Shown piece by piece: positions 46,710 through 47,927 of a stretch of 47,927 bases of DNA. How positions within the stretch are numbered: position 1 is the stretch's first letter; each line of letters begins with the position of its first letter. The DNA comes from a virus (lineage: Duplodnaviria; Caudoviricetes), in the IMG/VR virus record IMGVR_UViG_3300032272_000022, positions 1-47,927 of that record; one strand, 5' to 3'. Position numbers and translations under genes: made by a program. The notes beneath the pieces are model-generated. The model was not told where the DNA came from. It saw only the letters and a program-made list of their open reading frames with translations, and did no database searches.

Positions 46710-47715
46710 ACGCGATCTTCCGCCACGGATGTACAAAAAATACCACGTTTATTATTACGTGGTGCGCGTCGATGGTAAAAAAAAATGGATCAGACTATCG
46801 AACGACTACCAGGAAGCGCTGTTTAAATACGCCGAGCTCGAAGGCAACCCGCACAACACCGGCTTTATTAAAGCGGCAATTGACAAATACCGGGTCGAAA
46901 TCCTGCCCAGCAAAGCACCCAAAACTAGACGCGAGCGCCAATATTTGCTCGACAGACTCAAGCGAGTCTTCGGCGAAATGCGCTATGAAGCGCTACAACC
47001 AAAGCATCTACAAGAATACCTGCAAACCCGAACCGACAAAAAAGGCAAAACCGTCCCGGTAGCAGCGAACCGAGAAATCAAGCTACTATCAAGCATATTC
47101 CGACATTGCATCGTGTGGGGTTTCCACGACTCAAACCCCTGCGAACACGTTTTCTATCACCCTGAGAAAGGCCGTGACAGGTACATCACCGACGCAGAAC
47201 TGGACCTCTTAAGAGATAACGCAGACGAAATGACCAGGGCGATAATCGATATCGCATACTGCACAGGTATGCGCAAAAGCGACATCCTGCAAATCAAAAG
47301 CGCCGATGCTGCACCCGAAATGCTCTATAACAAGCAGAACAAGACCGGCAAACAGCAACTATTTTTGTACAAACCAAAGCTAAAAGCAGCCATCGAGTCC
47401 GCGAAGAAGCTTAAAAAAACGCGACGCACCAAAGACAACGCCCACCCGTTGACGCCCTATTTGTTTATCAACTCCAAAGGTGGCGTCATATCCGAGACCG
47501 GATTCAACTCGACATGGCGACGATTAAAAACAAAAACCGGTTTAGTCGGCGACAGGAATTTAACGTTCCACGATATACGCGCCAAAGCACTCACAGACGC
47601 GAAAAACAAACACGGACTTGAGTACGCCCAGGCACTCGGCGGGCACGAAAACGCAAGCCAAACCGAGCACTACATCAAGTCAAAATCCACTGATAAAATT
47701 GACTCGCTAGAGTGA
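46702..47715 (+). CDS. int: Phage tyrosine integrase
   Basis: Catalytic R (GMRKSD), HxxR (FHDIR), H (GGHEN) and Y (TEHY); adjacent to att. Confidence 0.95.
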   Translation: MAKRDLPPRMYKKYHVYYYVVRVDGKKKWIRLSNDYQEALFKYAELEGNPHNTGFIKAAIDKYRVEILPSKAPKTRRERQYLLDRLKRVFGEMRYEALQPKHLQEYLQTRTDKKGKTVPVAANREIKLLSSIFRHCIVWGFHDSNPCEHVFYHPEKGRDRYITDAELDLLRDNADEMTRAIIDIAYCTGMRKSDILQIKSADAAPEMLYNKQNKTGKQQLFLYKPKLKAAIESAKKLKKTRRTKDNAHPLTPYLFINSKGGVISETGFNSTWRRLKTKTGLVGDRNLTFHDIRAKALTDAKNKHGLEYAQALGGHENASQTEHYIKSKSTDKIDSLE

Positions 47716-47718
47716 TAG

Positions 47719-47751
47719 TGGTAGAAGGTTTATATATTTGGTAGAAGGTTT
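47719..47751 (+). repeat. Putative integrase arm-binding sites (right), direct pair
   Basis: TGGTAGAAGGTTT at 47719-47731 and 47739-47751. Confidence 0.75.
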
Positions 47752-47799
47752 CAGTATATTAGAAAAACAGAACAACTCTAATACACTGGAAAATAAGGG

Positions 47800-47853
47800 A
47801 AAATTGGTCGGGACGGCAGGATTTGAACCTGCGACCACCTGCCCCCCAGGCAG
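47800..47853. repeat. Right att core
   Basis: Identical to 4289-4342. Confidence 0.97.
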
Positions 47854-47881
47854 GTACGCTACCAGGCTGCGCTACGCCCCG
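47805..47881 (-). tRNA. tRNA-Pro (GGG)
   Basis: 77-nt cloverleaf CGGGGCG…CCTGC-CTGGGGG-GCAGG…GGTTCAAATCC…CCA. Confidence 0.97.
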
Positions 47882-47927
47882 AAAATCTAAATGTGAAATG
47901 ACTTAAACTAGCGTTTAAGTAAGGTGA

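Larger units (their letters stand above)
4289..47853. mobile_element. Complete lambda-like (siphovirus) prophage integrated at tRNA-Pro(GGG)
   Basis: Identical 54-bp att repeats at both ends, integrase and xis next to the tRNA, full head, tail, replication and immunity modules. Confidence 0.97.

Noticed and set aside
46702-47715. Integrase as an integron integrase (IntI)
   Set aside because: It has an N-terminal arm-binding-type region, overlaps an xis-like gene, sits beside the tRNA att, and I see no IntI-specific insertion; an HMM search would settle it

Overview
This window, from a gammaproteobacterial-like genome, holds a short host flank (lipoprotein and paralogue cluster plus lspA, 1-4288) and a complete ~43.6 kb lambda-like siphoprophage (4289-47853). 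The prophage is integrated in the 3' half of tRNA-Pro(GGG) and bounded by a 54-bp att direct repeat. It encodes GpA terminase, lambda-type portal, S49 protease, D, E and tail genes, an O-like replication gene with iterons, a cI/cro switch, ParB, a cytosine methylase, SSB, an excisionase and an integrase. The most striking feature is an array of six integron-type attC cassettes (43753-46010) inside the phage early operon, with no IntI in the window. The attC sites lie on the minus strand, so the genes are inverted relative to normal integron cassettes. Four attC sites carry the start codon of their own gene inside the hairpin, and five of the six cassettes end with the gene's TAA stop at the predicted crossover. 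A second island in the immunity region (31870-34985) has three modules, each made of a palindrome pair, a conserved attI-like block and a gene. One of these genes is an HNH nuclease that keeps a clear cassette signature. All calls are by eye from the sequence; no database searches were run.
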